A DNA stretch of 64,000 nucleotides, from contig JAAOMT010000647.1 in the NCBI GenBank assembly GCA_016748015.1, positions 252,880-316,879 of the forward strand, read 5' to 3'. The position numbers and the translations under genes were made by a program. The notes under the pieces were generated by a model. That model worked only from the letters and a program-made list of their open reading frames with translations. It was not told where the DNA came from and ran no database searches. This DNA comes from Geosiphon pyriformis uo1 (taxonomy: Eukaryota > Fungi > Glomeromycota). Position 1 is the stretch's first letter. Every line of letters starts with the position of its first letter. This document shows positions 49,696 to 63,500 of this stretch, piece by piece.

Positions 49696-51456
49696 TCACA
49701 TAAACATATCATTATAGCCCTGTTAAGAATTATGAAAATCAAATATTAATTGATTTATTGAATACAATCTTTTAAAATTTGAGACATTGAAGAAAATAAT
49801 ACATACGGGTGGGGGCAATTCATCGTTATCCGGCTCACCACTGCTGCAAAGAAATCAATGTTAATATTTTTTCCAAGGAAATAAATAAAACTCGATTGAA
49901 TTTATAAAAAACATTAACCTAAACTGCCGAGGTCCAAAACCACCTCGTTGAGGTTGCCCAGGAATGGGACCTAGCGGATTACCAAAAGGATCAAAAGGAC
50001 CAATAGGGTCAAATCTAGCACCAGGAGGAACAGCACCCCTAATTATGACAAATATTATTTACGCGTTTTACTTAAGGAAGAATCTTAATGTTTAGGATTC
50101 CAAGTACCTTGGTAAAGGTTGAGGTCCACCATAAATACCACCAGATCCTCTTGGTCCAAAAATTGGATGATCTGGTCCTACATACATCCCACCTCCACGA
50201 CTAGGTCCACGAAGTGGTTGAATTCCTCCACCACCAAATCTTGTTTTTTTACGAAAAGAATGTCTTGAATAGATCTTTAAAATATCAATAAGAAAATTAA
50301 ATATTCACCTTGGAGGTCCCATTATTGGATTAGATCCAAGAGGGTCCAAATCTTCTCGTCCAATACTAAAAGGATTTTCAAAACTAAAATTTATCGTAAT
50401 AGTAAATAATTTAATTCCATAAACATTATCAAATAATAATTGATTTGAAATATTAAATTTATTTAAAATTTCGAATTTGAATTCACCTAGGCTGCTCATA
50501 GCCACCAAATGGATCATTGAAAATTGGAGGCGGTTGTCTTGTGGGTATGCGTAAAGGGTTATTGATGTTTGCTTCAGGTCGACTTGCCCTTGGTTGAGTG
50601 GAAGTAGTAGCTCTATGATGGCCAATGATTGATTGATTGATTGTTATTAACAAAAAAAATCATAAAGGAATATTTACGTTGTAGCCGTCTCTTCATAACC
50701 CGGTTTATTCAAATTAGGAATCAAGTTTTGAATGATATTAAGTTTATAAAGACTAATTAAATCTTTTACACGACTTTGGGATATGAAAGCATTGATCAAT
50801 GGTTCTGACCCTCCTTGGCCAGTGTACGGAAAGAAAGAAGGTGAAGTATAATCATTTGTGATAACTTCCAACGAGAATGTTTTATTATCCTGTAAAAAGT
50901 TCACTAAAATCTAACCTTGAACACGAGGAATGAATTGGATAGAATATTATGCACCAAAGAAATATTTTTGATATACCTCGATACCCATTCCATGGATCAA
51001 AAATTTATTTGATAATCTCATGCTCTTTATCAAGAAGGTGAGGGCAGATTGAGGATGTTTATATCGAAAAGAATAAGAATCGGGTCCATTAGCATTCCAA
51101 TCTGGCGGAAGAGGAACAAGAGTGTCTTGGGATGAACCTAAAAATTAGTGAATTATAATTTATTATAACGTGATAGACGAAATCAAAAAAAACCCTGATT
51201 ATATTATCAATTTTAAGAATTTCTGGGCATTATAACCTATTGTTCCGTCTTCTCCTAAACCAACAAAACGAAAATCAACCGCAAGCATAATCGCATGAAA
51301 CGCTGCGGCTAGAGCATCATGCCCAGATTTGAGGAGCACGTTCGAAGTTGAACCTGCCGTTTCAGGGCTATGTGGCCTTGGTAGAATGTTGTCAAAGATA
51401 TGCAAAACATTAGCTGGGTCTAAGGGATTTCCTTGGTTCTGTGAAGTATCAGACAT
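49696..51456 (-). CDS. PSMF1: Proteasome inhibitor PI31 (PSMF1/Fub1), multi-exon
   Basis: FP domain HAIMLAVDFRFVGLGE and LPPDWN..YSFRYKH. Pro/Gly-rich tail GGMYVGPDHP, VPPGARFDP, EPDNDELPPP, ending in DMFM. Confidence 0.9.
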
Positions 51457-51690
51457 GTTAGTAATTGCGGATTTGAAAATCGGACTTGGCTGTGAATAAA
51501 TTTTAGAGCAATACTTTGACCTTGCATAATTTCAAAGTTCTGACGTAATCATTAGTACAATATTTTTTCTGCCCTAAAACGACTAATAAATGGTCATGAG
51601 GAATTTTCATGATAATATTTCATCCTAAGGAGGAAATCCCCTTTTTTTCTCCCACTGTAACCACTTTATGCCTGGTTAATTTGACAAAAT

Positions 51691-54600
51691 ATGTCCAAGA
51701 CAGTTAGAAAAGCTAAAGTTCTTGTGTTGCCTGGTGACAATGCTGGTCCGGAGGTGATTGCGGAAGGCATCAAAGTTTTAAAACTAGTCTCAAAAATAAG
51801 ATCAGTTTATAATGGAATTGAGATCGATCTAATCGAAGAGAAAATCGGTGGTGCAGCCATTGACACTACTGGTAACTTAAAAATGAAGCATACTCGGTTT
51901 TTTAAATTGAGCACATTTTTATCTCTTGATTTTTTAAATGTAATTAGGCGAGCCCCTTCCCAACAAAACCTTGAAAGCTGCAAAAGAAGCTGATGGAATT
52001 TTATTTGGGGCTGTGGGAGGTCCTCAATGGCTCTCTGGACCTAGACCTGAGCAAGGCTTGCTTGATCTTCGCAAAGCCCTTAATCTTTATGCGAATCTTA
52101 GGCCATGTTCCTTTGCCAGTGATTCACTGTATGCTTATTCCCCTTTAAAGGAAAATGTGGTAAAAGGTACAAATTTTACAATCGTAAGAGAATTAATTGG
52201 CGGCATTTACTTTGGTGATCGAAAAGAGGAAGATGAAAGTGGAAAAGGTGATTAATACCAAGCCATTTTCTCATTATTAAAAATTTCCATAGAAAATACT
52301 TAACTTTCTTATCAATTTTTCTTTAATATTTTCGAGCCTTCGATACTCTTCCATATTCCGTGGAAGAGGTTCAAAGAATAACTCGTCTTGCCGCACATCT
52401 TGCTCTTCAGGAATCACCACCGGCAACCATACATTCAATCGACAAGGCAAATGTACTTGCCACTTCTAGGTTGTGGCGTCGCGTTGTGACAGAAACTCTT
52501 GAGAAAGAGTTTCCTACAATTTCATTTGATCATCATTATGTTGATGCGGCTGCAATGCTTATAATAAAGAACCCGACCAAATTGAATGGTATCTTACTCA
52601 CCGAAAATTTATTTGGGGATATCCTAAGTGATGAATGTAGCGTCATACCTGGCAGTTTGGGCCTTCTTCCATCAGCTAGTCTGAGCGGTGTACCGGATGG
52701 TAAAAGTCGTTGTTTTGGCTTATATGAACCTATTCATGGATCTGCACCAGATATCTCAGGCCAAGGAATTGTTAACCCAATCGCTATGATTCTCAGTGCA
52801 GCTTTGTTGCTTCGATACTCTTTGAATTTGGAACGAGAAGCCAAAGCTGTTGAAGATGCTGTTAGAAAAGTGCTTGATGAAGTAGATTTTGGTGGTTTTG
52901 GTTTTCGCACAAAGGACTTGGGTGGTAACAAGACAACTTCTCAAGTTGGTGATCAAGTAATTGAAGCTCTTGAAGGATATTTGGAAGGTCTAAATGCAGC
53001 TGACCGTGTAGCTTCTACAAATTTAACACGTGGACTTTTGTTGAAAAGGCCCCCTGGTCGTCGTGGCATGACTTTGTGCGAAAAAACTATTGCACATGCT
53101 GCCATTGGCCTTTCTGCACCTGGGCACGTGAAACCTGGTGATATGGTTTGTGTATCAGTTGATTGGACATTGGCGTCTGAACTTACATGGAAAGGAATGG
53201 AAAAAACTTTTGACATTATGGGTCGCCCAAGTATTTATCGTAATGATCGCTTTTGGCTTGCAATCGATCATACTGTTGATCCAAGTATAAATCATCTTCC
53301 AAAGCCTGCCGAACTTATTCAGGCTTCTGAAAAATTTGCCAAAGAAGCCAAACTGGTTGATTTCTATCGTCCAAATCATACTATTTTACACACTGAATTT
53401 TACCGAGAGCGTGCGCAACCTGGTCAAATGATAATCGGTGCTGATTCTCATTCATGTTCCGCTGGAGCTGTCAGTGCTTTTGCTGTTGGTTTGGGTGCCG
53501 CGGATGTTGTAATGCCTTTGGTTACCGGTGAAACTTGGTTCAAAGTACCTGAAACTGTACAAATTCGTTTCATTGGTAAACCACCTTTTGGTATAGGGGG
53601 CAAAGATGCGATTCTTTATGTACTCGGAGAGCTTAAACGCAACACAGTGGCTTTTGAACGTGCAGTTGAATATACTGGACCAGGTCTTAAATACCTATCG
53701 TGTGATGCACGCTTTGCCATTTCAAATATGAGTACGGAATTTGGGGGAATTGCTGGTGTGTTTGAAGGCGATGAAACAACTGCTGCATATATTGGCAAAC
53801 GAAAAAATCCTGCTCATAAAAATTCAGCTCTTTATTTCCGTGCTGACCCGGATGCTCAATACGCCGAAACTCACATAATTGATTTGGCTAATGTTGAATC
53901 TTTGGTCGCTTTATATCCTTCCCCTGATAACGTTGTATCAGTAAAAGAAGTTGATGGTATGAAACTTGATGGTGTATTTATTGGTGCTTGCACAACAGCC
54001 GAGGAAGATTTGATTCTTGGAGCTTTAGTCCTTGAGCAAGGCTTAAAGAAAGGTTTAAGACCTTCAATAAACGGGAAGCGAAAATGCACTCCTGGTAGTT
54101 TGCCAATAATTGCGAAATTACGTCGTTTTGGTTTATTGAAATTTTATGAACAAGCTGGATTTGAAATTGGCGCTCCTGGATGTTCCTATTGTATTGCCGT
54201 TGCCGCTGACCGTGCTGGGGAAGGTGAAATCTGGCTGAGTAGTCAAAATAGAAATTTCAGAAATCGTATGGTAAGTCAAAATTTTAAAGAGAAAATTATT
54301 TTCCTTTAGTATATGTAGATAATCGTTTTTCATATTCTCAGGGTAAAGGTGCCATTGGTAATTTGGCTTCAGCAGCTACAGTTGCTGCTTCGTCTTTTGA
54401 AATGCAAGTTCGCGATCCAAGAGAATTGCTTGATGCGATAGACCGAACCCAATATGAAGGATACCTTGAACAATGGTTGGAAAAGGGTGAACCAATAACG
54501 ATTTCGGAACCCAATCCAATCCTTTTTGATGTAAACGCTACTCAATCTGGTGATCTTTCTCTTGCCGCACCTCCCCCATCATTCTCTGAAACGATAATTG

Positions 54601-55305
54601 GAAAAGTTCAAAGATTTGAGGATAATGTGGATACGGATGCTATTATTCCCGCCCAGTTTATGCCAGGAACAAGTGACGAAGATTTAGGGACCCATGCATT
54701 TCAATATGTTAAACCCGATTTTATTCAAAAAGCCAAACAGGGGTATACGATTGTTGTTGGTGGCGCCGGGTTTGGATCTGGATCTTCTCGAGAGGAAGCA
54801 CCGAGAGCATTAAAAGGGGCCGGTATAAAGGCGGTTATCGCAAAAAGTTACGCATATATATATGGTCGCAATCAGGTAAATCTAAGCTCCCTTTTTTAAT
54901 TTGGCTTTCCTGGCGCGTGACGTCATTATAAAAATCCTGGAAATTTCGCCGGAGATTAGACAGGAATTATTATTAATCTTTTTCTTTTTAAAGCCAAATA
55001 TGGCCCTCTTGGGGATCACTGTAGAAAACCAAGAGTTTTATAACCTTGCAAAAGAAGGTGTAGAAGTTACAATCAACGTGAAAGATCGTAAAGTTCTATG
55101 TGGAGATAAAGAGTTTCCATTCGGATTATCACTGATGGAGGAAAATTTGATTGCAGCGGGTGGGGTGACTAAAATGTATCAAACATATGGAGCGAAACTA
55201 TTTCGAGCTGCAATAGCATCTGAGAAGATATCGAGTGGATGTGGTACGGAAACATTAAACGATCAAAAAGATTGTGGAACTGATAATAAAGAACTAGCTT
55301 GGTAA
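51691..55305 (+). CDS. ~1086-aa fusion: 3-isopropylmalate dehydrogenase (Leu2/LeuB) plus aconitase-family Fe-S isomerase large and swivel domains (LeuC/LeuD or HacA/B type); exons 51691-51871, 51948-52247, 52337-54270, 54342-54875, 54994-55305
   Basis: IPMDH motifs [37 protein letters not shown]. Then [45 protein letters not shown]. The exons total 3261 nt in frame. Confidence 0.93.
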
Positions 55306-55611
55306 ATAGTATTCGTCGTTTTGTATTTATTAGCTAACGATTAGTTTGAGATTTTAAAAAAAACGGTTAAATTTTGGATCAATATGTATTTTGTAAATTT
55401 TTTAAAAAAAGATAATTGAATGGCCTTATTGTGAAATATATATAATGCAGTTGTTAAATCCATTAAATTTTTTTGAATCTCATTAAAAGCTGCTGCATAT
55501 TTGTTTAGCTTCAAAGAAAAGAGAGCCCCCATCTCCCATAAAGTTCTAAACTATTTGACATATTGAGCTCCCGGTTATTTAAATTTGCGCCCAAAACTCC
55601 AAGGTATATCG

Positions 55612-58600
55612 TTATAAAATGGCATGTTGTCCGTAAACTAGATTGCGTATCTTGTAATAGTCTTCGGAGAGAGTTCCTTCCAACACTAACTGCCCTGATG
55701 AAGTCTTGAAGATACATAGATTCGGTTTCAGTTTTAAACTATTGTGTAGATAGATCATGAAAAGATTCTAGCCTAATACCTTTCTTACAGCCACTCGTTC
55801 ATTACATACTAGTACACCTTCACCTTTGAATTCGGCAGTGATTCCTTCCGATTGTAGAACGCGCTTCAACTCGGTTAATTTCACTTCGCCAACAAATACT
55901 GGTTGATGACTACCGGCTTCTTCGGTTTTCACTACGTCTAGTAGAGTAAAATCAGAATCTACTGGGATATGAATTCTTCCAGTTACGTAAGCCAGATCGT
56001 AATCTTCTAACTGAATATCATATTTATTAAATTATTGTCAAAAATACCAAATTACAGGTAAAATGATAATGTATAACAGTATGAAAAATCAATTCCAAAA
56101 GTCTTTGAACAATTTTTCCTACCTTGGAAAATTTTAACGAACTAACCAAGGCGTCGGTCAACTTCATTGAATAAAATTTGATCTCTGCGGAAACGTTCAG
56201 CTTCTCACTAATAGTTGGGGTGAAAATGTCTCGGGTCATGGACTCGATTGCTAGGCAACTTTGTGCAAAATCATTAGTCGCCTCTGGAGAAGCATGTATG
56301 ATAATCTCAAATATCAATTTCAAGAAAGAGAGTGAATACGTATCATTCATATTAATTAAGGAGATCAAATTAAGAACAAACAGAAGCTATTATAATAGCT
56401 CTCACCAATTTACGAGGTTGAACTTGTGGCACTATAGTCTTTATAGAGCGTCCATCATTTGTGCCTTCAAGATCAATAAATTGTATCCGACATTGGAACT
56501 CAACATCTTGATTATAGGATATGTATTTAGTGGGTAAGTTGGTTTCCGATCCATTGTTTGTCGGGTCGTCTTTTTCATTCTATTTAATAAGAGCTGTACA
56601 GTCAATAAACTATTGAAAGGCAAAATATCTCTTTAGTATACTGATTTAGGAAAACATACATCTCCAACATCACTGCCCTCTCTTCCTTTGCCATCCTCAA
56701 CGATATCCATCATAGTTGAACCCTTCAAGAAAGACTCTGCTAGAATAACCTCTCCATAATCATCAAATCGCTTCCTTTTTTCAACATAAGGAAACATTCG
56801 ATAACTTTGTGTCTGTTTAAAAAATCCGCCAGACTTTGTTGCATCCTTTACGTATAAGTCAAATTGTGTCGATAGTAATTCTTCCATATCATCGTCGTCA
56901 ACTTCATCGGACTCTGATAGATCTGATTCGTCTTCTTCCATTATCATTTTTGATTTTGCAAGTAATGCAGCTTTGGCTGCTTCTCGTTCTTGTCTTGTAC
57001 GCTGTTCGGCGTTATACTCTAATAATTCAGTACCTTCTAATGGAACTTTTTTTCGAATCTAATCAAAATTGGACAATAAATCTATGAAAACTTTGGAATC
57101 AAATAGAATAAACGATCGAGAAAAAATATCCTTACCAAAAGTTTTATTGTCATATTCAAATTTATAGCTGGTTTTACAATAACTGATTGTTGAGGCTGAC
57201 TTGGAGGATCGACATCATTCAAACTTGCGACTACTTCCGATGAGATTTCTTCCCATTTCGTGTATAAGTGTTTTGCTAATGAATTTGGAGGACCTCTATC
57301 TGTGAGTATAATTATATTTTTTTTTATGGTACACCATTCCAATAATAGGTCACGTGCATAGCCAGTCTCCAGGCTGAGATTGCTGGCGAGCACAACTTTT
57401 GGGCCAGGGTACTTTGCAAGATCTTTATATCGGTGGCAAAGTCGTAGATACCTAACAAAAACAAATTCAAGCCAGGCAGTAAAATTTCATTACAGATTTA
57501 ATCAAGTTGAAAAATCACGATGAGGTTATGGTTTTTCTGGACTTTGTCGTATAAAACGCAAAAGCCCAGACTTTTATTGAATTATTGTAGTGAAGCTTTG
57601 ATATAATATGACAACATAAAACTAACCTAAACTCAAAAGGGTTTTCCCTTGAGGTATCAAATTGTCTATTGATTGAATCACCCATCCATTCAAGCATACT
57701 CTTTGCGTACTGAAGTGTACGATAACTCTGGTGAGTCATTAGTATTAAAGGGAAAGAAATATGATTGAAAGCCCAATGTTGATCCAAAAGATAGGTCAGT
57801 TCCAATACACGAGCTGATGAATCCGTTGGTAGCAAAACATTTCCATCGTTTTGCAATGTTTGGATTATTGTTTCTCAGGAAAGGAAATGAGTGATTTCGT
57901 CAGTCAATAGTGAATATAAAGGCAGGCAGGTATTGAAATCAAAATTTTTTCTTATCATTACATACCAAATAATGCATTATCCCGAAGCTTCCTTGGAGGA
58001 TGAATATTGAGGGAATTATAGGCGTCGGTGATCATTAATGAAGGTCTACTTAAAGTCTCCAAAACTTCTCCGTTGACGTGCAAAACTGTACCGTCTAAAT
58101 GTCTATACTTGAGCTTAGGAGTTGAGAAAGGGAAGGAGTTTGAAATCATCCAGTTACAGAACAAACCTTTCTTTTTTGTGGTTATAATCGACAGCATAAA
58201 CAATTTCTTCGGTGTCTTTTTTGATCTTCCAAATTGTCCCGCCAATTGTATGTCCAGCTGAATAAGCAGTAATTGTGATTCCTTGACATTTCCCTTGAGG
58301 GAAAATCATAAAATATTTTTATTAAAAAAAAAAATAAACGTCGAAGGGACACGTATCTGAAGATATACCTGTTAATGCAGTGGGTTGAGAATATTTCAGA
58401 GCAGTCACTTTCTCAAACACAGCATCAACATTATCCAAGGCAAAAGTGTCAAATTCTTCTTCATTAACCTTGGATTGATAGAGATCATACATGCACATTC
58501 TACCCATATGAACTACAGGAACAGTCGCGTAGATTGGGCAGCTAAGTCCAAAGTGAGCATATGCGTGTGGAAGGGCCCCTAAATGGGACAAATCTGGGTG

Positions 58601-58854
58601 ACTAAGTAACAAAACATCAACCTGTTTCGATACCCTAGGAAATGAAGAGGTTTCTTTTGCCATTAGAAACTCACTAGAAGCATATAATTTCTTGAAATCA
58701 AACGCAGATACCTTCTTAAATTTTTGAGATCTTCCAAGTCAAAGTGATCGTTCCAACCACAGTCAAGCATGATTTTCACATTTTCGTCTATATCAATGAG
58801 GTAACATAGTGCTTCTTCATTTTGAGCTCCTGATATAGCTTGAAAAACAATCAT
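55612..58854 (-). CDS. CPSF2: Cleavage and polyadenylation specificity factor subunit 2 (CPSF100/Cft2), multi-exon
   Basis: [78 protein letters not shown]. Confidence 0.93.
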
Positions 58855-58980
58855 CTTTTAAGGTATTCAAGACAAAAAACGGTTGAAGAAAGTTGTATTA
58901 ATAGAATTTTGTTCCCAGAAGCATTGATTGGATAAATTCATCACTGATATGATGTCACTAGAATGTCACTTGATTAAAGT

Positions 58981-58990
58981 CGCGACGCGT
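58981..58990. promoter_or_regulatory. MCB (MluI cell-cycle box) ACGCGT with an adjacent CGCG, in the divergent promoter
   Basis: CGCGACGCGT lies 74 nt upstream of ATG 59064. Confidence 0.5.
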
Positions 58991-59063
58991 TTTGCTCAGT
59001 CTCATAAAGCGTCATGATAATTGACAAACCCCTTTTACCAGCCTACCTATTGACGAAAATCAG

Positions 59064-59738
59064 ATGTTCTTCCAAGATAAAGCCATAAAGTTCGGTAAAA
59101 CCACAAGGTTCCACTCAACTAAGTACCTTCGCAGGGAAGATTTCACCAATAAACGGAACGACCTTGATGAAAACAAAGAAAACATTAAACCATGTGACTT
59201 TTTACCTCCACCCGTCGATAAAGCCTTATATAATTATCGCGGTAGTATGAGGCGTCGAAAAGTATTAGCCGAGATCGATATATCAGAATTGTACGAAAGC
59301 TACAGCAACCCAAGCCAATTTCTTTTCTTTCCACTACAACAACAACAACATTTAAATAGCCGAAGGAAGAAAACTGGATTAAAGAAAAAAGGAGCTACAT
59401 TGAAAAAAAAAGTTCCTCTTGAGAAACGTGAAGAAGGCGAAACTTCTCCGGTGACTAAGACTCCACCAGCTACGGCAACTCCTTTAAAACCGCCTACTGA
59501 GGCCTCTTTCACTATCTGGGAAGATCCAAATCTCGAGAATGAATCTCAGAATGAATCTCAAAATGTATATGATAATGACCTTTCTGCTGACGAAGAGTTT
59601 CAAGAGAATGATAAACCAGCCGGATCTTTTGATTCGCCATTTCTTCGTCGCCTTCGTGCAGCAATCCTTGAGAAAGATGAGGATGATGATGATGATGATG
59701 ACAAAAAAGCCGTCCCATCTACTTATGACCTGTTTTAA
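59064..59738 (+). CDS. 224-aa disordered hypothetical protein with APC/C degron-like motifs
   Basis: Intronless ORF in a gene-dense context with NKEN, RKVLAEI, FTIWED, S/T-P sites, a basic NLS-like patch and an acidic tail. Confidence 0.75.
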   Translation: MFFQDKAIKFGKTTRFHSTKYLRREDFTNKRNDLDENKENIKPCDFLPPPVDKALYNYRGSMRRRKVLAEIDISELYESYSNPSQFLFFPLQQQQHLNSRRKKTGLKKKGATLKKKVPLEKREEGETSPVTKTPPATATPLKPPTEASFTIWEDPNLENESQNESQNVYDNDLSADEEFQENDKPAGSFDSPFLRRLRAAILEKDEDDDDDDDKKAVPSTYDLF

Positions 59739-60547
59739 TTATGGAACTTGCCAAGAGTTTGAACCTTCGTTGAATTAAGCATCCTTACTTATTTCATAGT
59801 CGGTCAATTCATCTTGGAGAAAATTTAAAAATTTTCCTTTTTCTCGCGAAAAAGATGTCTAATAAACCTTTGTAACAATGTCTTTATTTCGCAAAAAATG
59901 ATATTCGGTTTGATATTGTACGCTAATGTACATTATGCACGCATTCATTTCCTAATCCCTAAATTATCAAAACTCGTTAACAGCCACCGGCTGGTCACTT
60001 GGTTAGAATAGATATGATCACTAAAGATGGAGTTTATTTCAAACGAGACATTAAAGTACATCAAAACTTCCAATATTTTGTGGTTAGATTCCAAGGGTGT
60101 TTGGGTTTCCACAGATTTTGGGATTGTTTGGAGTCAATCGAGGTCAGCGGCTCTTAATATGAGCCTTCACAACAGTGCTTTAATTAAAAATCAGTTACGA
60201 GTAATTGAAAAAAAATAAAAATAATTAAAACTTTACAACAAGTAAAATTGTGAACTTAATCGTCCACGTTATGATGATTGCACAATATGTATCAGCCTTT
60301 TTTTAAAAGTCGGGGGATATAAAGATAATGAAAAAAGCCATGATCGGTCAATAAAATATTGCATCAACCATGGCTTTATTTCCCAATTTAAGAGACGAAA
60401 AAAAAATAACCGAAATCAAGGGTTACATAAATAGCACTCGCAAAAATTTCAGTTTCAAATTAAATTAAAATGTACATCAAAAAATAAAACCTTGCAATTA
60501 TATGGCTAGTTGAATAAATACTAATAATTTTGGCTCCAAGCTCGAAC

Positions 60548-63500
60548 TTATAGCTCTCCTTTCTTTTGAACCCCTTCAATTTCATCTTTATCCACCACTT
60601 TGTTCATTGACTTATATTCTTGATATTTTTGTTCTTCAGCAATATCTACTAATTTTCTGGCGTGATTTTCAGCTGCCTGAACCAGCCTTTGTAAATCTTC
60701 AATTTGCCAATATATATCATTCAAAGGGGGTGAGCTTGGCGGGAACCTCCGTGAGTTTGACCTGTAGGCAGCAGCTGCGCCGTTTCGGACATTATCCTTA
60801 GTATTTGGAAAAGAATGATCAAAGAAACCAAAATATTTGTCTTGAGGTCGCCCTTGATCCAAATTTGGGGAATCCTTTGTTTGAGTGTTCTTTGATGATA
60901 TCTTGGATTGTGCGGATGACTCAAATGAAGCTGAAAGGGGAGGTGAACCTATATTGGAAGAAGTATCTTGATGTTTCAATTCTTCGTATTTTTTTGCTTT
61001 CTGGCTGATCCAATCCCAAAGAAGATCGCCTTGACTATTGATACGATCATCAAAAATATCGGAAAATTCCCTCAACTTCTGTGACTCATAAAGAACATCA
61101 CCAGGTCTCCAATCTCCTAATCGGGTTCCAGAAGTTCCACGAGTTTCTTTTTGAATCTCCTCAAGTTTATAAGAAATATCCATCAACCGCACCCATATAT
61201 AGGTATTGGCAAAACCCATAAATATCAAGACAAAGAGAAGGAATGAATTCGTTGATGGGAAGGAAAAATTCTCAACCAGTGAAGTCATGATTGAATACAG
61301 AGCACCGATTAATTCACCCAAAGCATCACTGAACCCGGCTGTCTGGGCCCGATCGATGATTGATTTGGCATCCTCTTCACTGGATTCACCGGAGATTCCT
61401 CTACTTCTAATTTCCTCTTCATCCTCAACCTCCTGAGCTCCGTCATCAAGCGGATTTTCATCAGGTTGACGAACAGGAGACCTAAGTTCATCTTGAAATT
61501 CGGTCGGATGGGAGGCAATATATTTTTGGATTGCATGAGCAAGTGATTTATGATACTTTATCTGGCCGTCAAGAGCTGCCTTTTCAATGGTGCCTATTGA
61601 AAATTGCCAGTTTTAGAGGAATCAATTAAAACCCATTATATAAAGTATCCGAATACAAAAAAATAAATTGATCAATCAGCAAAGGTAGATTAAAAAATGT
61701 GGGGAAGATAATCACCTTTAAGCCAACTTGATTTTGTAAATTCCACGGCACAAGTTACGATAACTCGTGCCTCATTTACTCCTGCCCACATTATACAAGT
61801 CCTTGTCTTCACGCTAAAACTGCTACCAGATGGCACATCAGGGGTAGTTGTGGTTGTAAGGTTGGTAACGTAACTAAATTTGTTAGGCCGAAAAATGTGA
61901 ATATTAGGAATACAAGAATATTGAACCCATATTATGCCAATATAGTACTCATACATTTCAAAATCTCGATGCAAACATTGATCCTTTAGGTAGCACTTGG
62001 TACTCCTTGGACCTATAAATTTTCAAGGTATCATTAGAGTTTATCCTTTTGGATAGACTGAATTCTTCGACATTTATTGTAAATACCGATAGCATTATTC
62101 AACGGTTTAATATAACTTGATGTGCGAGTTAGCTTTTTGTTTGGCTCGGAGACCCATTCACCAATGTTCACGTCTAATCGTTAGAAATTGAATATTTGTA
62201 TTTATAAGATAATTAAAGGAGAATCATAAATTGTAAAATCACCAATGCATTTTTCCTGTTCAACGAGAAATCGTCTTATAAAACCACTGGTAAATAAGAG
62301 GTTATAGATCTTTTCAACGCTGCCGGTGAATTTTGTATCCAGCGCGATGGTGTTATAATGTTTTTGATTCTTCAGGCAAGCACATTGGGTAGGATGGCGT
62401 AGGCGCTTCTTCAAGTTTGCATTAATTTTAGGAGCATTACGAGTTTTGGAAGGTGATCGACCATGTGAGGGATTTACGTCAACTTCTGAATAAATAGGCG
62501 AGTCAGAAAGGTTGGCAACATCACTTATTGGTCTTGGTTCAGATTCAGTCGTTGACTTTGATTTTAATTGATTATATTTTTTCTCATGAATCTGTTGTGA
62601 ATCACCTTTTACTGATTCTTCCAAATTTAGTTGTGTGTCAGGATCACTCTCTACACTCTCTTTTTGCTCTTCATCTTTATTTTCGTGTTCTTGAGAATGA
62701 TCTCCTAGTATATGTTTTAGCGGGTCGAGCGATAATTTTGGAAGGACAAATTTTTTGTTGCGTTTGCTTTTACGTTTGCCTAGTCGAGTTTTTTGGGTTA
62801 GGTGAACTTTTTTGTGTGAGACGATTCAATTGTGATAATCGTTTTTTGGACACACATAACTCTTTCGAATCAATCAACTATATAGGACGTCGAATAATAA
62901 TTAAAACCCAGCCCACTTATGATTCTTGTATGCCAAGATGAAGGGGATTTTGGGCTCTCAACTTGACATTTTTTTGGGGATAGCTATTCCCCAACTCACA
63001 CCGAACATATCTTTTGCGTAACTCACCTTCATCAGGTTCGCTTTCCTCTGAAGCATCTCCCTCACTTGAATTAGAGATGCTTTTGCCATCAAATGATTCC
63101 AAAGAAGGTTTTGGTTTGGGGACTGGTCGGGAATGTCGCCACAATTTTGTCAATAAATCATGAACCGTATCACGCGCGAGAAAAGATGGGAAAAAATGCT
63201 ATATTAACGATTAAAATGAGAACTATTGAAATTAATCAGATACGAATAAAAGCTGAAGAATTGCAGCTTTCTCATAATATACCTTTGCGTGTAAAGTAGA
63301 AATTAAAATGGCATTCGGAATCACAAATGCCGTCATCCTTTTTTCAATAGCAACTATATCCGTGAATGCTATGACCAGCTGATTTAAATCAGAATATTCC
63401 AGATTAAAGAAAATTTTAAATTCCAGAAAAGAAAATTTGGAATGTTGTACCTACGTTGGTAACCCAACCAAAGATATTAGCATTGAAACACACATGATTA

